From NCBI GenBank assembly GCA_040772045.1, contig JAXGYV010000011.1:12484-76483 (forward strand): DNA of 64,000 nt. Direction: 5' to 3'. Both the position numbers and the translations under genes were made by a program. This DNA comes from Thermoleophilia bacterium (lineage in GTDB: Bacteria; Actinomycetota; Thermoleophilia; UBA2241). Of the stretch, positions 20,858 to 31,362 are shown piece after piece. Positions within the stretch are counted from its first letter, which is position 1, and every line of letters begins with the position of its first letter. The notes below the pieces were generated by a model. It was given only the letters and a program-made list of their open reading frames with translations, ran no database searches and was not told the origin of the DNA.

Positions 20858-22912
20858 TCAAATGGAACGGTCTTCGCCGAAGCTAGCGAGCAGTTCTCTC
20901 GCCCGCGCATATACCGCCTCGGCGGTAATCCCGAACTTCTCGAACAGTTGCGGGGCGGGAGCCGAGGCGCCGAATCGATCGAGGCCGATCACCGCTCCGT
21001 CCAGGCCCACCCAACGCTCCCAGCCAAAGGTACTGCCCGCCTCGATGGCCAGACGCAGCGGCGTCCGTGCCGGCAAGACGCGCTCGCGATACGCCGCCTC
21101 TTGGCGTTCGAAAATCTCCCAACTCCCCATATTGACGACACGCACCGCCTGTCCTTCGGCGCACAGCCGGCGGTGCGCGGATAAGGCCAACTGAACCTCG
21201 CTACCACTGGCAATCAGGATGAGCGACGGCGCCTCTCCATCCGATGTGTCCGCCAACACGTACGCGCCGCGCTCGAGTCCGTCGGCGGCGGCGTAGACAG
21301 CGCGGTCGATCACCGGCAGTTTCTGGCGGCTGAGCGCCAGGCAGACGGGGCCGTCGGCTCGTAGCGCCATCTTCCAGGCCACCACGGCCTCGTTGGCGTC
21401 GGCAGGCCGTATGACGGTCACGTCGGGGGTGGCGCGCAGCATGGCGAGGTGCTCCACCGGCTGGTGCGTGGGGCCGTCTTCACCCAGCCCGATGCTGTCG
21501 TGCGTGAATATGTAGATCACCGGCAGCCGCATGAGCGCGGCCAGGCGCAACGCCGGACGCAGATAGTCGGCGAATACCAAGAACGTCCCGCAGAAGGGGC
21601 GCAGGTCGCCGTGGAGCGCCATACCGTTGCAGGCGGCCGCCATGGCGTGCTCGCGCACCCCGAAGTGCAGCACGCGCCCCGCCGGATGGTCACTGGACAG
21701 ATCGCCGCCACCGGCGATACCCGTGTTGTTCGACGGGCCGAGGTCGGCCGACCCGCCGACCAACTCCGGCAGCGCGGTAGCGAGCGCGTTGAGCGCCGCC
21801 CCGGCCGCCACTCGCGTGGCGACACCACCATCTTGCTGCCCGTACGACGGCACAGCTTGATCCCACCCGTCGGGGAGCTCTCTGCGCGCCACGCGGTCCC
21901 ACTCCGCGGCAAGGTCCGGCCGCAGGCGCCGCCACCGCGCCATACGCGAGCGCCAGGCCAACTCGGCGGCGGCTCCCTCGGCGCTCGCTTGGCGGAAGAA
22001 CGACAGCACGTCGTCCGGCACCAGGAACGCCGGCTCAACGGGCCACCCCAGCGCCTCTTTCGCCGCCCGTACTTCCTCTTCGCCCAGAGGCGCGCCGTGC
22101 GCGGCCGCCGTGTCTTGCTTAGCCGGAGAGCCGAAGCCGATGTGCGTGCGCACGCAGATCAGAGACGGCCGTCGCGTCTCTGCCTTGGCCGCCGCCAGCG
22201 CACGGTCGACCGCGTCGACGTCGTTGCCATCGGCCACGTGCTGCACCTGCCAGTCGTACGCCGCGAAGCGCGCCTCACGGTCTTCCGTGAACGTGAGCTC
22301 CGTGCTACCTTCGATCGATATACGATTGTCGTCGTAGAGAACGATGAGCTTTCCCAAGCCGAGATGACCCGCCAGCGATGCCGCCTCCGAGGACACCCCC
22401 TCCATGAGATCGCCATCTCCAGCGATGACGTAGGTGAAATGGTCTACTACCGTGAGGTCATCACTGTTGTAGCGCGCCGCGAGATGAGCTTCGGCGATGG
22501 CCATACCCACCGCCGCGCCAAGCCCCTGGCCCAGCGGCCCGGTGGTGATCTCTACGCCGGGGAGCAGGCCATACTCCGGGTGTCCGGCCGTGCGGCTGTC
22601 GATTTGGCGAAAGGCTCGCAGATCGTCGAGCGTCACGCCGTAGCCGCTCAGGTGAAGCAGCGCGTAGAGCAGCATGCTGCCGTGACCAGCGGAGAGTACG
22701 AACCGGTCGCGATCGGGCCACCCCGGCGCCGATGGGCTGTGCTTCAGATGGCGAGTCCACAACGCGAACGCCATGGCGGCGGCGCCCATGGGCATCCCCG
22801 GATGTCCGGAACGCGCTCGTTGGACCGCATCTACCGCGAGAAAACGGACGGTGTTGATGCAGGTCTCCTGGAGCTCTCGCGCACGCCCCCGACGATCCTG
22901 ATCTTCGCTCAT
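20858..22912 (-). CDS. tkt: transketolase
   Basis: [26 protein letters not shown]-terminus and thiamine-PP-binding region; 684 aa. Confidence 0.9.
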   Translation of the reverse strand: MSEDQDRRGRARELQETCINTVRFLAVDAVQRARSGHPGMPMGAAAMAFALWTRHLKHSPSAPGWPDRDRFVLSAGHGSMLLYALLHLSGYGVTLDDLRAFRQIDSRTAGHPEYGLLPGVEITTGPLGQGLGAAVGMAIAEAHLAARYNSDDLTVVDHFTYVIAGDGDLMEGVSSEAASLAGHLGLGKLIVLYDDNRISIEGSTELTFTEDREARFAAYDWQVQHVADGNDVDAVDRALAAAKAETRRPSLICVRTHIGFGSPAKQDTAAAHGAPLGEEEVRAAKEALGWPVEPAFLVPDDVLSFFRQASAEGAAAELAWRSRMARWRRLRPDLAAEWDRVARRELPDGWDQAVPSYGQQDGGVATRVAAGAALNALATALPELVGGSADLGPSNNTGIAGGGDLSSDHPAGRVLHFGVREHAMAAACNGMALHGDLRPFCGTFLVFADYLRPALRLAALMRLPVIYIFTHDSIGLGEDGPTHQPVEHLAMLRATPDVTVIRPADANEAVVAWKMALRADGPVCLALSRQKLPVIDRAVYAAADGLERGAYVLADTSDGEAPSLILIASGSEVQLALSAHRRLCAEGQAVRVVNMGSWEIFERQEAAYRERVLPARTPLRLAIEAGSTFGWERWVGLDGAVIGLDRFGASAPAPQLFEKFGITAEAVYARARELLASFGEDRSI

Positions 22913-23177
22913 GTAACCCCCATCGTGGCACTCTGTTCGCGGTCGTGGTCACTAGTCGCGGCCGCCGCAGTTTACCCTATCCGCACAGGCCCCCTGGCAC
23001 GCGAGATCCTGGACCGCCTCTCCTTTCGCGAACAACCCAACCTAGTAGCCGTCACAGCCGCATGAGCGCTGCGGCACCCGCGTACAGCCGACAGCCGACC
23101 ACCGTGCATCAGCAGGCGATACGTCACACCAAAATCTCGGAGCAGGCGAGCCGCGCCGGAGGTAGTCGCACACGAGC

Positions 23178-23519
23178 CTAGCCCTCGCCCTCTTCCGGCA
23201 CGATGCAGATGAAAGTGAACCCCACATTGCCGGCCCTGAACTGGTGCTCGCGGCCGGCCGGCACCACAGCGCTGTCCCCCACGCTCAACTCGTGCTCCGT
23301 CCCGTCCAGCAGCAGTGTGCCGCGCCCATCGAGCACCAGGTTCACGTGCAGCCAGTCGTGCGAATGGCGCGGCGTGTAGCCACCGGGGGCCAGCTCGAAC
23401 ACCCGCATGGCCCAGCCGTCCCAACCATCCCCTGCCCGCACGGGCACTCGTTTGGTGACGCCCGCGGCACCTTCCATACGCACTTCAGCCATCTCCATCT
23501 GGCTCCGAGATCGAACCAT
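23178..23519 (-). CDS. cupin-2 domain protein
   Basis: GGYTPRHSHDWLHVNLVLDGRGTL...VPAGREHQF cupin motifs. Confidence 0.6.
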   Translation of the reverse strand: MVRSRSQMEMAEVRMEGAAGVTKRVPVRAGDGWDGWAMRVFELAPGGYTPRHSHDWLHVNLVLDGRGTLLLDGTEHELSVGDSAVVPAGREHQFRAGNVGFTFICIVPEEGEG

Positions 23520-23732
23520 GCTCCTCCTTTCGCAGAGCTCCTTTCGCAGGGCGTCAGATTACGTGACCGTGCCAGTCGCCGCGACCACCCGCGGGTGCGG
23601 GCACCCGGAACCGTCGATACCCTAGCGCCCACTGGCTACTCCGGCCGTAGTACCCAGCCACGGACGGTACAGGCAATGCCGCAGGGCAGGTGGTGTGCCA
23701 CCGGCGGCCACCGCGTGCCCTGCGGCGGCCGC

Positions 23733-24041
23733 TCATGCCTCCGGCCCCGGCGCTCCCAAGTCGCGCAGCTTCTGTAGGAACTCGTCCCGGTCGATCTCTC
23801 CGGCGGCGTAGCGACGCTTCACCACCGCCACGGCATCGTCGCCGACCGTCGTGGCCTGCACGATTTGCGGAGCGGCCATGCCGGCGTCACGCGGAGCGGC
23901 CACGCCGACGTCACGGCAGCCGCCGATCACGACCGAACGGATTACCCAGACTGCCAGGCCGAGCACGGCGAGCCAGAACACGGTCATGCCGGCGACCATG
24001 ACCCAGCCACCCCACCAACCGTCCCAAGTCCAGTGATACAT
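23733..24041 (-). CDS. SHOCT-domain membrane protein
   Basis: N-terminal TM (WVMVAGMTVFWLAVLGLAVWVI). C-terminal RRYAAGEIDRDEFLQKLRDL (SHOCT). Confidence 0.55.
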   Translation of the reverse strand: MYHWTWDGWWGGWVMVAGMTVFWLAVLGLAVWVIRSVVIGGCRDVGVAAPRDAGMAAPQIVQATTVGDDAVAVVKRRYAAGEIDRDEFLQKLRDLGAPGPEA

Positions 24042-24139
24042 GGTGTCCTCGCGTGTCCGCTGCACACAAACACCGAGGTATTACCCCATGACATCGCATC
24101 CAACGCCAGTGGTGGCGGTGGTGTGTATGCTCGGCGAAA

Positions 24140-25957
24140 CTACGCCGACGGCGCGCGCAGACGCCGCACACCAACCGAGACCGACCCCGGTCCTACGTGT
24201 GCCATGAGCACGGGACCGGCGCGCACGATCGGCACCTCCGCTACGCCGAAGAGGCGACGCAGCTCCTGGGCGAGGTAGTCTGGCCACTCCCCCGCGCCGC
24301 TGTGCACGATCATCAGACGCACCGGCGCGCCGGCAGCGAACTTGTCCACCCGCGAGGCGAGAGCGTGCAGAGCGCGACGAAATCCGACCGCGACACCCCC
24401 CTTGCCCGGCTTGCCCATGCGGTCGAAGACGATCAGCGGTTTAAGGCGAAGGGCATCGATGACGCCGGCCGCACGCGGGCTCACGCGGCCGCCGCGTACC
24501 GCGTACTCGAGGGTCTGGACGGTACCGAAGACCGTGATGTCGTCGCGTACAGTATTCGCCAGCGACTCCAGTGCATCCAGATCCGCCCCTCCCGCGATAC
24601 CCTCGCCCAGCGCCTCGAGCAGCAGCCCCGTGCCCACCGAGTTGGTACGCGAGTCGATTGCCCTGACGCGTACCGGGTCCACCGCCCGGGCGGCGGCGGC
24701 GGCCGCCTGCCACGTACCGGACTGCGCCGCCGCGATGTGCACCGATACAACGCCGTCGCGATACTCGAGGAGCCGCTGATACGTCTCGCGGAAATCGCCC
24801 ACCGGGGGCTGCGACGAGGTCGGCAGCAGCGGTGATTCGCGCAGACGGCGGGCGAATCCGTCGGCGGATATATCCACGCCATCGAGGTAGCTTTGTTCCC
24901 CGAAACTGATCGTGAGAGGCACGGTCACCAGGCCGAGCTCGAACGCCCTGCGCTCGGGCAGCTCGCACGTGCTATCCGCGACGAGCGCGATGCTGGCCTC
25001 GCGTGCCGAGATCTGCTGCAGCACCATGTCGTCGACCTTGGAACTCTCGATGACGCCGAATGCGGCCACCGCTTCGAGGAAGCGCTGCGGCTCGTTGGTG
25101 TGAACGTGAACACGCAGGCGGTCTTCTCCGCCAGCCACCACCAGCGACTCGCCCAGGTCCGAGATGGCGGCCACGAGCGCCGAGCGATTCACACCACGGC
25201 CGGCCGCCGACACAAGGGCCTCAGCGCAGAAGCGAAAACGCTCGTCGGCCTCAGCGTGTGCGCGCGTCATGGACGCCGCCCCGCGGGGAGCCGGCTCCAC
25301 GAACAGCTCCTCCGGCTCCTTGCCTCCCCGCAGCATCTCCGACACGCCCTCGAGGAAGTACACAAACCCCTGTCCACCAGCGTCCACCACATGGCTGCGC
25401 GCTAGGATCTCGAGCTGGCGCGGCGTGTTCGCCAGCGCGTCCCGCGCGGCCTGCAGGCCATGGTGAAGGAGCTGCGCGAATCCACTCGCCGAGGCCGCTC
25501 GCTCGCGCAACGCATGCGCCCATACACGCAGCACCGACAGGATGGTCCCTTCCCTTGGGTTCGCCAGGGCCGCATAGGCCGACTCCATACCGCGCTGCGT
25601 GGCCAGAGCGAACTCCGCGGTCGACACGTGCGCCGCGGTATCGAACGCCGCCGCCAACCCGTGGAGAAACTGGGCGACGATGGCCCCCGAGTTGCCCCGC
25701 GCGCCGTCGAGCGCCCCGTCCGCGGCCACCCGCGCGGCGGCGCCCACGGACTCTGGCACATCGTCCCCGAGCCGTGAGGCGGCCGCCCGAAACGTGGCCG
25801 CCAAGTTGGCCCCTGTGTCGGCGTCGGGGACGGGGAACACGTTGATGCGATTCAGTTCTTCCTGCGAGCGCATCACGGCGAGGGTTCCCGCGCGCATCAC
25901 GCGGGCGAAGTGCCGCCCTCCGAGTGCCTGAAAATCATCGGGCGCTTCGCGTTGCAT
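24140..25957 (-). CDS. DAK2-domain fusion protein YloV / fatty-acid kinase FakA-like
   Basis: DhaL/Dak2 N-terminal domain (NVFPVPDADTGANL, GNSGAIVAQFLHG). C-terminal EDD-fold domain with IALVADSTCELP. Start MQREAPDD at 25957. Confidence 0.65.
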   Translation of the reverse strand: MQREAPDDFQALGGRHFARVMRAGTLAVMRSQEELNRINVFPVPDADTGANLAATFRAAASRLGDDVPESVGAAARVAADGALDGARGNSGAIVAQFLHGLAAAFDTAAHVSTAEFALATQRGMESAYAALANPREGTILSVLRVWAHALRERAASASGFAQLLHHGLQAARDALANTPRQLEILARSHVVDAGGQGFVYFLEGVSEMLRGGKEPEELFVEPAPRGAASMTRAHAEADERFRFCAEALVSAAGRGVNRSALVAAISDLGESLVVAGGEDRLRVHVHTNEPQRFLEAVAAFGVIESSKVDDMVLQQISAREASIALVADSTCELPERRAFELGLVTVPLTISFGEQSYLDGVDISADGFARRLRESPLLPTSSQPPVGDFRETYQRLLEYRDGVVSVHIAAAQSGTWQAAAAAARAVDPVRVRAIDSRTNSVGTGLLLEALGEGIAGGADLDALESLANTVRDDITVFGTVQTLEYAVRGGRVSPRAAGVIDALRLKPLIVFDRMGKPGKGGVAVGFRRALHALASRVDKFAAGAPVRLMIVHSGAGEWPDYLAQELRRLFGVAEVPIVRAGPVLMAHVGPGSVSVGVRRLRAPSA

Positions 25958-25971
25958 CGCCACGACCTTCC

Positions 25972-26766
25972 TCACCGCGCCCCGCGCCGCGGCGGCAGCG
26001 GGACGAACATGCTGGTGGTCCGCTGGTAGTCGCGGTAATCCTCGCCGCGACTGGCCAACGCCTGCTTTTCGGTCGCCGGAATGCCCGTGACGCGGAAGAG
26101 GAAGAAGAAGATCACCGCCGGTCCGATGAGGGTCGCCAGCCACCACCAGCCGGCACCAACTCCCATGAGAACGTACACCCACCAGTGCAGCCACTCGAAG
26201 AAGTAGTTCGGGTGCCTCGAGTAGCGCCACAGGCCGACGCGGCAGGTCTTGCCCTTGTTGGCCGGGTCGGCGCGAAAGCGAGCGAGCTGACGGTCCGCGG
26301 ACCACTCGCCGCTCACGGCGACGACCCACACCGCCAGTCCGGCGTACTGCCATCCTCCGAGCGAGGGCGCCCGCTGCGTCGCCACCACCAGCATCGGCAG
26401 CGAGAGGATAGTATCGAGGAGTCCCTGGACCTGAAAGAACACCAAGAACCGCCACTGCGCACGCTCGCCCCACCGGGCGCGCAGCGTCTGATACCGCCCG
26501 TCCTCAGGTTTGCCACGGATGCGATCGACATAGACGTACGTGGCCAGCCGCAGCGACCACAGGCCGGCGACCGTGGCCACCAGCGCGCGGTACGGGCCGG
26601 TGCCACTGGCGAACACGCCGTAGAGCACGGCCAGCATCCCCAGGCCGGCCGCCCACCCCACATCGACGATACCCGCATCGGAAGTGGTCCGCTGCACGAG
26701 CCACAACGCGGTCATCATTACCGCGACGAGCGCCCAACCGATGAGGACGAGAGACCACGCAGCCAT
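25972..26766 (-). CDS. DUF1295 / steroid 5-alpha-reductase-like membrane protein
   Basis: RYSRHPNYFFEWLHWW motif; multiple TM. Confidence 0.65.
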   Translation of the reverse strand: MAAWSLVLIGWALVAVMMTALWLVQRTTSDAGIVDVGWAAGLGMLAVLYGVFASGTGPYRALVATVAGLWSLRLATYVYVDRIRGKPEDGRYQTLRARWGERAQWRFLVFFQVQGLLDTILSLPMLVVATQRAPSLGGWQYAGLAVWVVAVSGEWSADRQLARFRADPANKGKTCRVGLWRYSRHPNYFFEWLHWWVYVLMGVGAGWWWLATLIGPAVIFFFLFRVTGIPATEKQALASRGEDYRDYQRTTSMFVPLPPRRGAR

Positions 26767-26801
26767 TGACTACAGCCGATCCGCCGGAACCGCCGTTCGG
26801 A

Positions 26802-27299
26802 TTACACCGGCAGCTTGCGAAGCGCCCGCGCCGCCGACTTGCGGACTATAGCATTCTCGTCGCGTAGCAACAGGCGAAGCCGGTCTCTTGCTCGCGGGTC
26901 GCCGATCTTACCCAACGCATCCGCAGCAAGGCGGCGGAGCAGGGCATCGGTATCGCGCAGGGCCTCCAGCAACACGGGCACGGCCTCTTTGGCGCGCATC
27001 TCGCCCAGTACGAAGGTGACGTCCTGCCGGCGGTGCACACTCTGCTTGTCGGTGTGCACCCAGATCATGTAGTCGATCGCCGGCCGTCCGACGAGCATGA
27101 GCCCTTCGCGTACCACAGCGAGCTTGCGGATGTTCTTGGTGCTCAGCTCGTCCACCATGAAGTCGAGCATCTCCTCGAGCCCCCGGCGAGCTCTCTCCCG
27201 CACCGCGGCATCTCGCTTGTACTTCGCGGCACGGATGAGTCCCTCAACGTTCCCGGCCATCTTGAGCCGTTCTACATCGGGTGGACCGAACAGGGTCAT
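26802..27299 (-). CDS. HEAT-repeat (PBS-lyase-like) protein
   Basis: Repeats LLEALRDTDALLRRLAADALGKIGDPRA / LLRDENAIVRKSAARAL. GGAGAAA RBS before ATG 27299. Confidence 0.55.
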   Translation of the reverse strand: MTLFGPPDVERLKMAGNVEGLIRAAKYKRDAAVRERARRGLEEMLDFMVDELSTKNIRKLAVVREGLMLVGRPAIDYMIWVHTDKQSVHRRQDVTFVLGEMRAKEAVPVLLEALRDTDALLRRLAADALGKIGDPRARDRLRLLLRDENAIVRKSAARALRKLPV

Positions 27300-27345
27300 A
27301 CGTTTCTCCTCGGCAGGCGACGGATGAACGCTACAGCACTGCGAT

Positions 27346-28296
27346 CTAGCTGAGTGAGTGTTCCTTGAACCAATCGAGCGTGATCCGCACTGCCTCTTCG
27401 TACGGGGTAAACTGGAACTCGGGGAACTCGATGGCAAACCGCGTGCCATCCATGATCTGCGGCTGTTCGAAGCGATACCGGAACTCGTAGAACGACCGCA
27501 TGTCGGGGTCGAAGATGCCCTCGAGGCGTAGACCCAGAGTGGAGACCCGACGGATGCGCGGCCGCAACCCGGCCGTCTCATAGACCATGTCGATGAGCGC
27601 TCGCGGCGTCAGCGGAGCTGGCCCAGGGACGTGCCACACGCGTCCATAGGCCTCTTCGCGCCGGCCCAGCTCGATGCACGCGCGGGCGGCGTCTTCCACG
27701 AACAAGAGGCTTCGCGGGATGTCCAGCCTACCGTACCAGCGCACTGGCTCGCCCGTGGATGCCCGTCGGAAGAGGCCTCCGTGGAAGCGCGTCAGGACAC
27801 GAGGGCCAAACAGGTCGGGGAACCGCGGGATCACTACCTTGACGACCCCCGAGCGATGCGCTTTGCAGAGCATACTCTGGGTAGCGATACGCACCTTCCC
27901 CATTGGACCAACCGCCGCCAGCGGATGATCCTCGGTCACCGGTTGTCGCTGCGGCGGTCCATAAACGTAAACGGTGCCGGGTGACACGAGACGAGCGCCC
28001 GCCTCCTCGGCGGCCTTCACTATGTTCTCGGTGATCGGCAACCAGAGTTCCGCCCACTGCGAGAAACTCACCGTGATACAGCGATAGACGACGGTGGCGC
28101 CCTCCGCCGCCTCGATAGCCCGGCGGCGGTGGATCGGATCACAGAAGAAGACCTCGGCATGTGCCGGAAACGCGCTGCGTGCTATCTCGTCCTCGCGCAC
28201 CACAGCCCGCACCGGCACTCCGGCATCCGCAAGCTGACGCACGAGAGCGAATCCCACCGGACCGCTCGCACCGAAAACGACGTGAAGTTCCTTCAC
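27346..28296 (-). CDS. NAD-dependent epimerase/dehydratase family protein
   Basis: MKELHVVFGASGPVGFALVRQL Rossmann N-terminus. Confidence 0.7.
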   Translation of the reverse strand: MKELHVVFGASGPVGFALVRQLADAGVPVRAVVREDEIARSAFPAHAEVFFCDPIHRRRAIEAAEGATVVYRCITVSFSQWAELWLPITENIVKAAEEAGARLVSPGTVYVYGPPQRQPVTEDHPLAAVGPMGKVRIATQSMLCKAHRSGVVKVVIPRFPDLFGPRVLTRFHGGLFRRASTGEPVRWYGRLDIPRSLLFVEDAARACIELGRREEAYGRVWHVPGPAPLTPRALIDMVYETAGLRPRIRRVSTLGLRLEGIFDPDMRSFYEFRYRFEQPQIMDGTRFAIEFPEFQFTPYEEAVRITLDWFKEHSLS

Positions 28297-28687
28297 AGTG
28301 AGCCCCCTCTCGGCCGCCCGGTCCGTTCACTATCGGCCGGTAGTCCATCGGTCGATACGAAGCTCTCGGCGCGAAGCTGGTGTTGCGTGTGCGACGGGCG
28401 CCAACGCCTGAGCGGATGGGCGAGCAGAGAGCGACGAGGCTCCACGAGAGCAACGGCAGTGCTCAACAGGAATCGTCCGTCGCCCTCGCCTGGTGGACGC
28501 ATGCCGACCAGGCACCCACCAGGCCCTCACTCACTGGCCGCCGCCCCCTTGCTTCGAACGCAGAGATCATTCGCACGAGAGGAGCTTATCGGGCTCGGCC
28601 GCTGGGGACAAGGAACATGGTCCACCGCGAACGCACGTGCGCGGCGGACGGCACATCTCCATCCTGCACAGTCACCCTAGAACCCGC

Positions 28688-31294
28688 ATGGTCACCCTAG
28701 CTCTTTCAGCGGCAGTCCCGCACGATGCAACCGTGAGACGACGAGTCCTCTTTGACATTCCGACGGTCGCCATGTTGCACGCAGCGTGGCGCGCCCGCTA
28801 CAGCTCCCCACCCCCACCCACCATCACGATCGCGGACGACCATTCCTTCCACGCGCCCCCTTATCCCGACGAGCTGGCCCACGGCACCCCAGCACTTCTC
28901 TGGTGGAACGCAGATGCCGGCACGCTCCTGCGCCACGCCGACCACGTGCTTCGCCAGCTCGTCTATCCGCTCGCCTGCGGCGACCGCATTTTCTGGATCG
29001 CCTTCCCCTTTTCGGCCGAGCTGCTCGCTCCTCGTCCACTCACGCTCAACTCGCGGGCACTCCTCGACGTGGAAGATATCGGCCGGCTGCTCGCCTCGTG
29101 CTGTGCGACCTCATCACCCATGGGTCATACCGGACTCCCACGAAGACCATCCCCTCCTTCTCGAACAGTCCCGTACCAGGCACTCCCCCTGGACCCAGAT
29201 CTCGACCAGGCCCAACAGCAGGCGATCCTGCACCCCTTTGGCCCCCTCCGCGTGCTAGCACCCGCCGGGGCAGGAAAGACCAAGACCATGATCAATCGCA
29301 TCAGCGCGCTCGTGGCGCAGGGAGTCCATCCGGGCAGCATCCTCTCCCTGGCCTTCAATACAAAGGCGGCCGAACAACTCGAGGAACGCCTGGGCCGCCT
29401 GGGCCTCCCCACCACCCGGCGGCTCGCCGATCGTACCGGCGTTCACTGCGCGACCTTCAACGCCTTCGGGCACCGCTATCTTTCCGAGGTCGTCAACCAA
29501 CCATTCACGGTAGACGCAAGCGTCGCCGCCGAGGAACGTCTCGTGCACCAGGCCCTGTGGCGGCACCTCAAGCCACGCGGTGCTCAGCGCGACGCCCCAC
29601 TCGAGAGCACCCTGAGCGCGGTCCTCGACGACCTCACCTGGAGAGCCCGCGAGCATCTGGCGGCTCTGCGCGCCGACTGCGCCGAAGTCGACATGCTCAC
29701 GCTCCCCATCCCGCCCGCGCTGCGAGAGCAGCGCGGCGGGCCAAGCAGCCTGCCGTTCGGACGTGTTTTGCGCGACATCCGCGGCATGCAACAGCGCCGG
29801 CAAGCGATCTCGTTCGACGACCAAGTCCACGCCTGTCTGCTGGACCTCCTCGCCAGGCCAGACCGCAGAGCGGCGTTCCAGCGCCAGTTCCGCCACGTGC
29901 TGGTCGACGAGTTCCAGGATCTCAACCGGGCACAACTGGCGCTAGTGGATGTCCTCTCGCGCCCGCACCGTAACCTGTTTGTCGTCGGCGACGACGATCA
30001 GCTCATCTACGGTTGGCGCTTCGCCCGTGTGGCGACCATCCTGAACTTCACCGATACCATGCCCTACACGCCCCACGCATCCAGCGTCATCCTCACGACG
30101 AACTACCGCTGTTCCCGAGAGGTGGTACGCCGCGCTTCACAGCTCATCGCCCACAACCACACCCGCGTCGAGAAAACCGTCCGCTGCCGTCCCGACGCCA
30201 CGGAGGGCATGGTCGCCTTCGTCGCCTCCCCCAACTGGCCCCTCCGGGCCCAGGCGATTGCGGAGTTCATGGCCAACGAGCACGCGGCGCGATCCTGCCG
30301 GTGGCAAGATCTCGCGGTGCTCTGCCGCTACCGCTGTCAGCAGCCACTGGCGGTAGCGGCCCTGAATGCCGCGGGTATCCCCGCGTCGCTTCCCGAACCA
30401 GCACCGTTCGCTCATGGGCCTGGGGCGGAACTCCTGTGCCGCTGCTTACGTCTCTTGCAGGATCCCGCCAGAGACACTCAGCCGGATACCGCCGCCCTCG
30501 CTCGCTCGCTCGGGCTCAGTACCACCGTCCTCCTCCGCCGAGCACGCGACCTCCGCCGGTGGGTACGTACGGAGCAGCCGGCGGCGCGCGAGGTGGTGGC
30601 CACTGTCCTCAACGAACTGCCGGTGGAATCCGCGGCCCTGCGCCGAGAGCGTCGCGGAGCGCAAGGTAGTGCCAGTGCCGCCGGCTCCAACGAAACGGGC
30701 GGCGCCACCAGGGCGCTAGCGGCGGCACAGCTGCTCAGCATGGATCATGGCAGCCTCGCCTCGTTTCTGTCTCTCTGGGAAGAGCTCACGTACCATCACG
30801 CCTCCCCCGCCGGCGCTGCCGGCCCCGCGGCGACGGCCCCCGCCGACGCTATCGCGGTCTCCACCATCCATGCCGCGAAAGGACGCGAATACGGCGCCGT
30901 GGCCATTCTCGACTACGCGACAGACCTCGCCGCGCTCGACCAAAACGACGCGGAGGAGGAGCGACGAGTCCTCTACGTCGCACTCACCCGCGCGCGGCAC
31001 GACGCCCTCTTCACCGTCGATACCGCTAAGTGGGCACCTCACCCGTTTCTCCACGAGCTCGCCAACCCGCCCAGGCCAGCCGAATTGCCGGCGCTTCGCC
31101 GCCGGCTCGCCCACGCTGACCACCGTCTCACGGAACTCACGGCAACGGACCACCGCGGCGCCCAGAGTCGCCAGGACATCGGTGCACTACACCTGCACCG
31201 GCTCTCCCTCGCGAGCCGCCTCACCGAGCACCGCCTGTTCCGCCCGAGCAGCCGATTCGGTACCTTCCTCCGCGGGGGTGTTGTTCCGCGCTAA
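28688..31294 (+). CDS. UvrD/Rep-family DNA helicase with ~170-aa N-terminal extension of unknown function (start uncertain; ORF open from 28493)
   Basis: VLAPAGAGKTKTMINRI (Walker A), VLVDEFQDLN, VVGDDDQLIYGWRFA, VSTIHAAKGREYGAV, VLYVALTRAR. Confidence 0.75.
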   Translation: MVTLALSAAVPHDATVRRRVLFDIPTVAMLHAAWRARYSSPPPPTITIADDHSFHAPPYPDELAHGTPALLWWNADAGTLLRHADHVLRQLVYPLACGDRIFWIAFPFSAELLAPRPLTLNSRALLDVEDIGRLLASCCATSSPMGHTGLPRRPSPPSRTVPYQALPLDPDLDQAQQQAILHPFGPLRVLAPAGAGKTKTMINRISALVAQGVHPGSILSLAFNTKAAEQLEERLGRLGLPTTRRLADRTGVHCATFNAFGHRYLSEVVNQPFTVDASVAAEERLVHQALWRHLKPRGAQRDAPLESTLSAVLDDLTWRAREHLAALRADCAEVDMLTLPIPPALREQRGGPSSLPFGRVLRDIRGMQQRRQAISFDDQVHACLLDLLARPDRRAAFQRQFRHVLVDEFQDLNRAQLALVDVLSRPHRNLFVVGDDDQLIYGWRFARVATILNFTDTMPYTPHASSVILTTNYRCSREVVRRASQLIAHNHTRVEKTVRCRPDATEGMVAFVASPNWPLRAQAIAEFMANEHAARSCRWQDLAVLCRYRCQQPLAVAALNAAGIPASLPEPAPFAHGPGAELLCRCLRLLQDPARDTQPDTAALARSLGLSTTVLLRRARDLRRWVRTEQPAAREVVATVLNELPVESAALRRERRGAQGSASAAGSNETGGATRALAAAQLLSMDHGSLASFLSLWEELTYHHASPAGAAGPAATAPADAIAVSTIHAAKGREYGAVAILDYATDLAALDQNDAEEERRVLYVALTRARHDALFTVDTAKWAPHPFLHELANPPRPAELPALRRRLAHADHRLTELTATDHRGAQSRQDIGALHLHRLSLASRLTEHRLFRPSSRFGTFLRGGVVPR

Positions 31295-31322
31295 CAGACC
31301 GATTCAGGCGCCGTGTCCACAG

Positions 31323-31362
31323 GTTCCCTCTCCACCTCTTGGGTTTCCTCTCCGTCTCTTGG
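31323..31362 (+). repeat. tandem imperfect 20-bp direct repeat (x2) upstream of the 31573 gene
   Basis: gttccctctccacctcttgg / gtttcctctccgtctcttgg (17 of 20 identical). Confidence 0.6.

Noticed and set aside
24140-26473. Novel FakA–FakB (DAK2–DegV) fusion of 777 aa
   Set aside because: The first ~170 codons of the long ORF are Arg-rich out-of-context sequence. The real start (MQREAPDD, 25957) gives ~605 aa, within the YloV/FakA size range whose C-terminal domain is itself DegV/DhaK-like.
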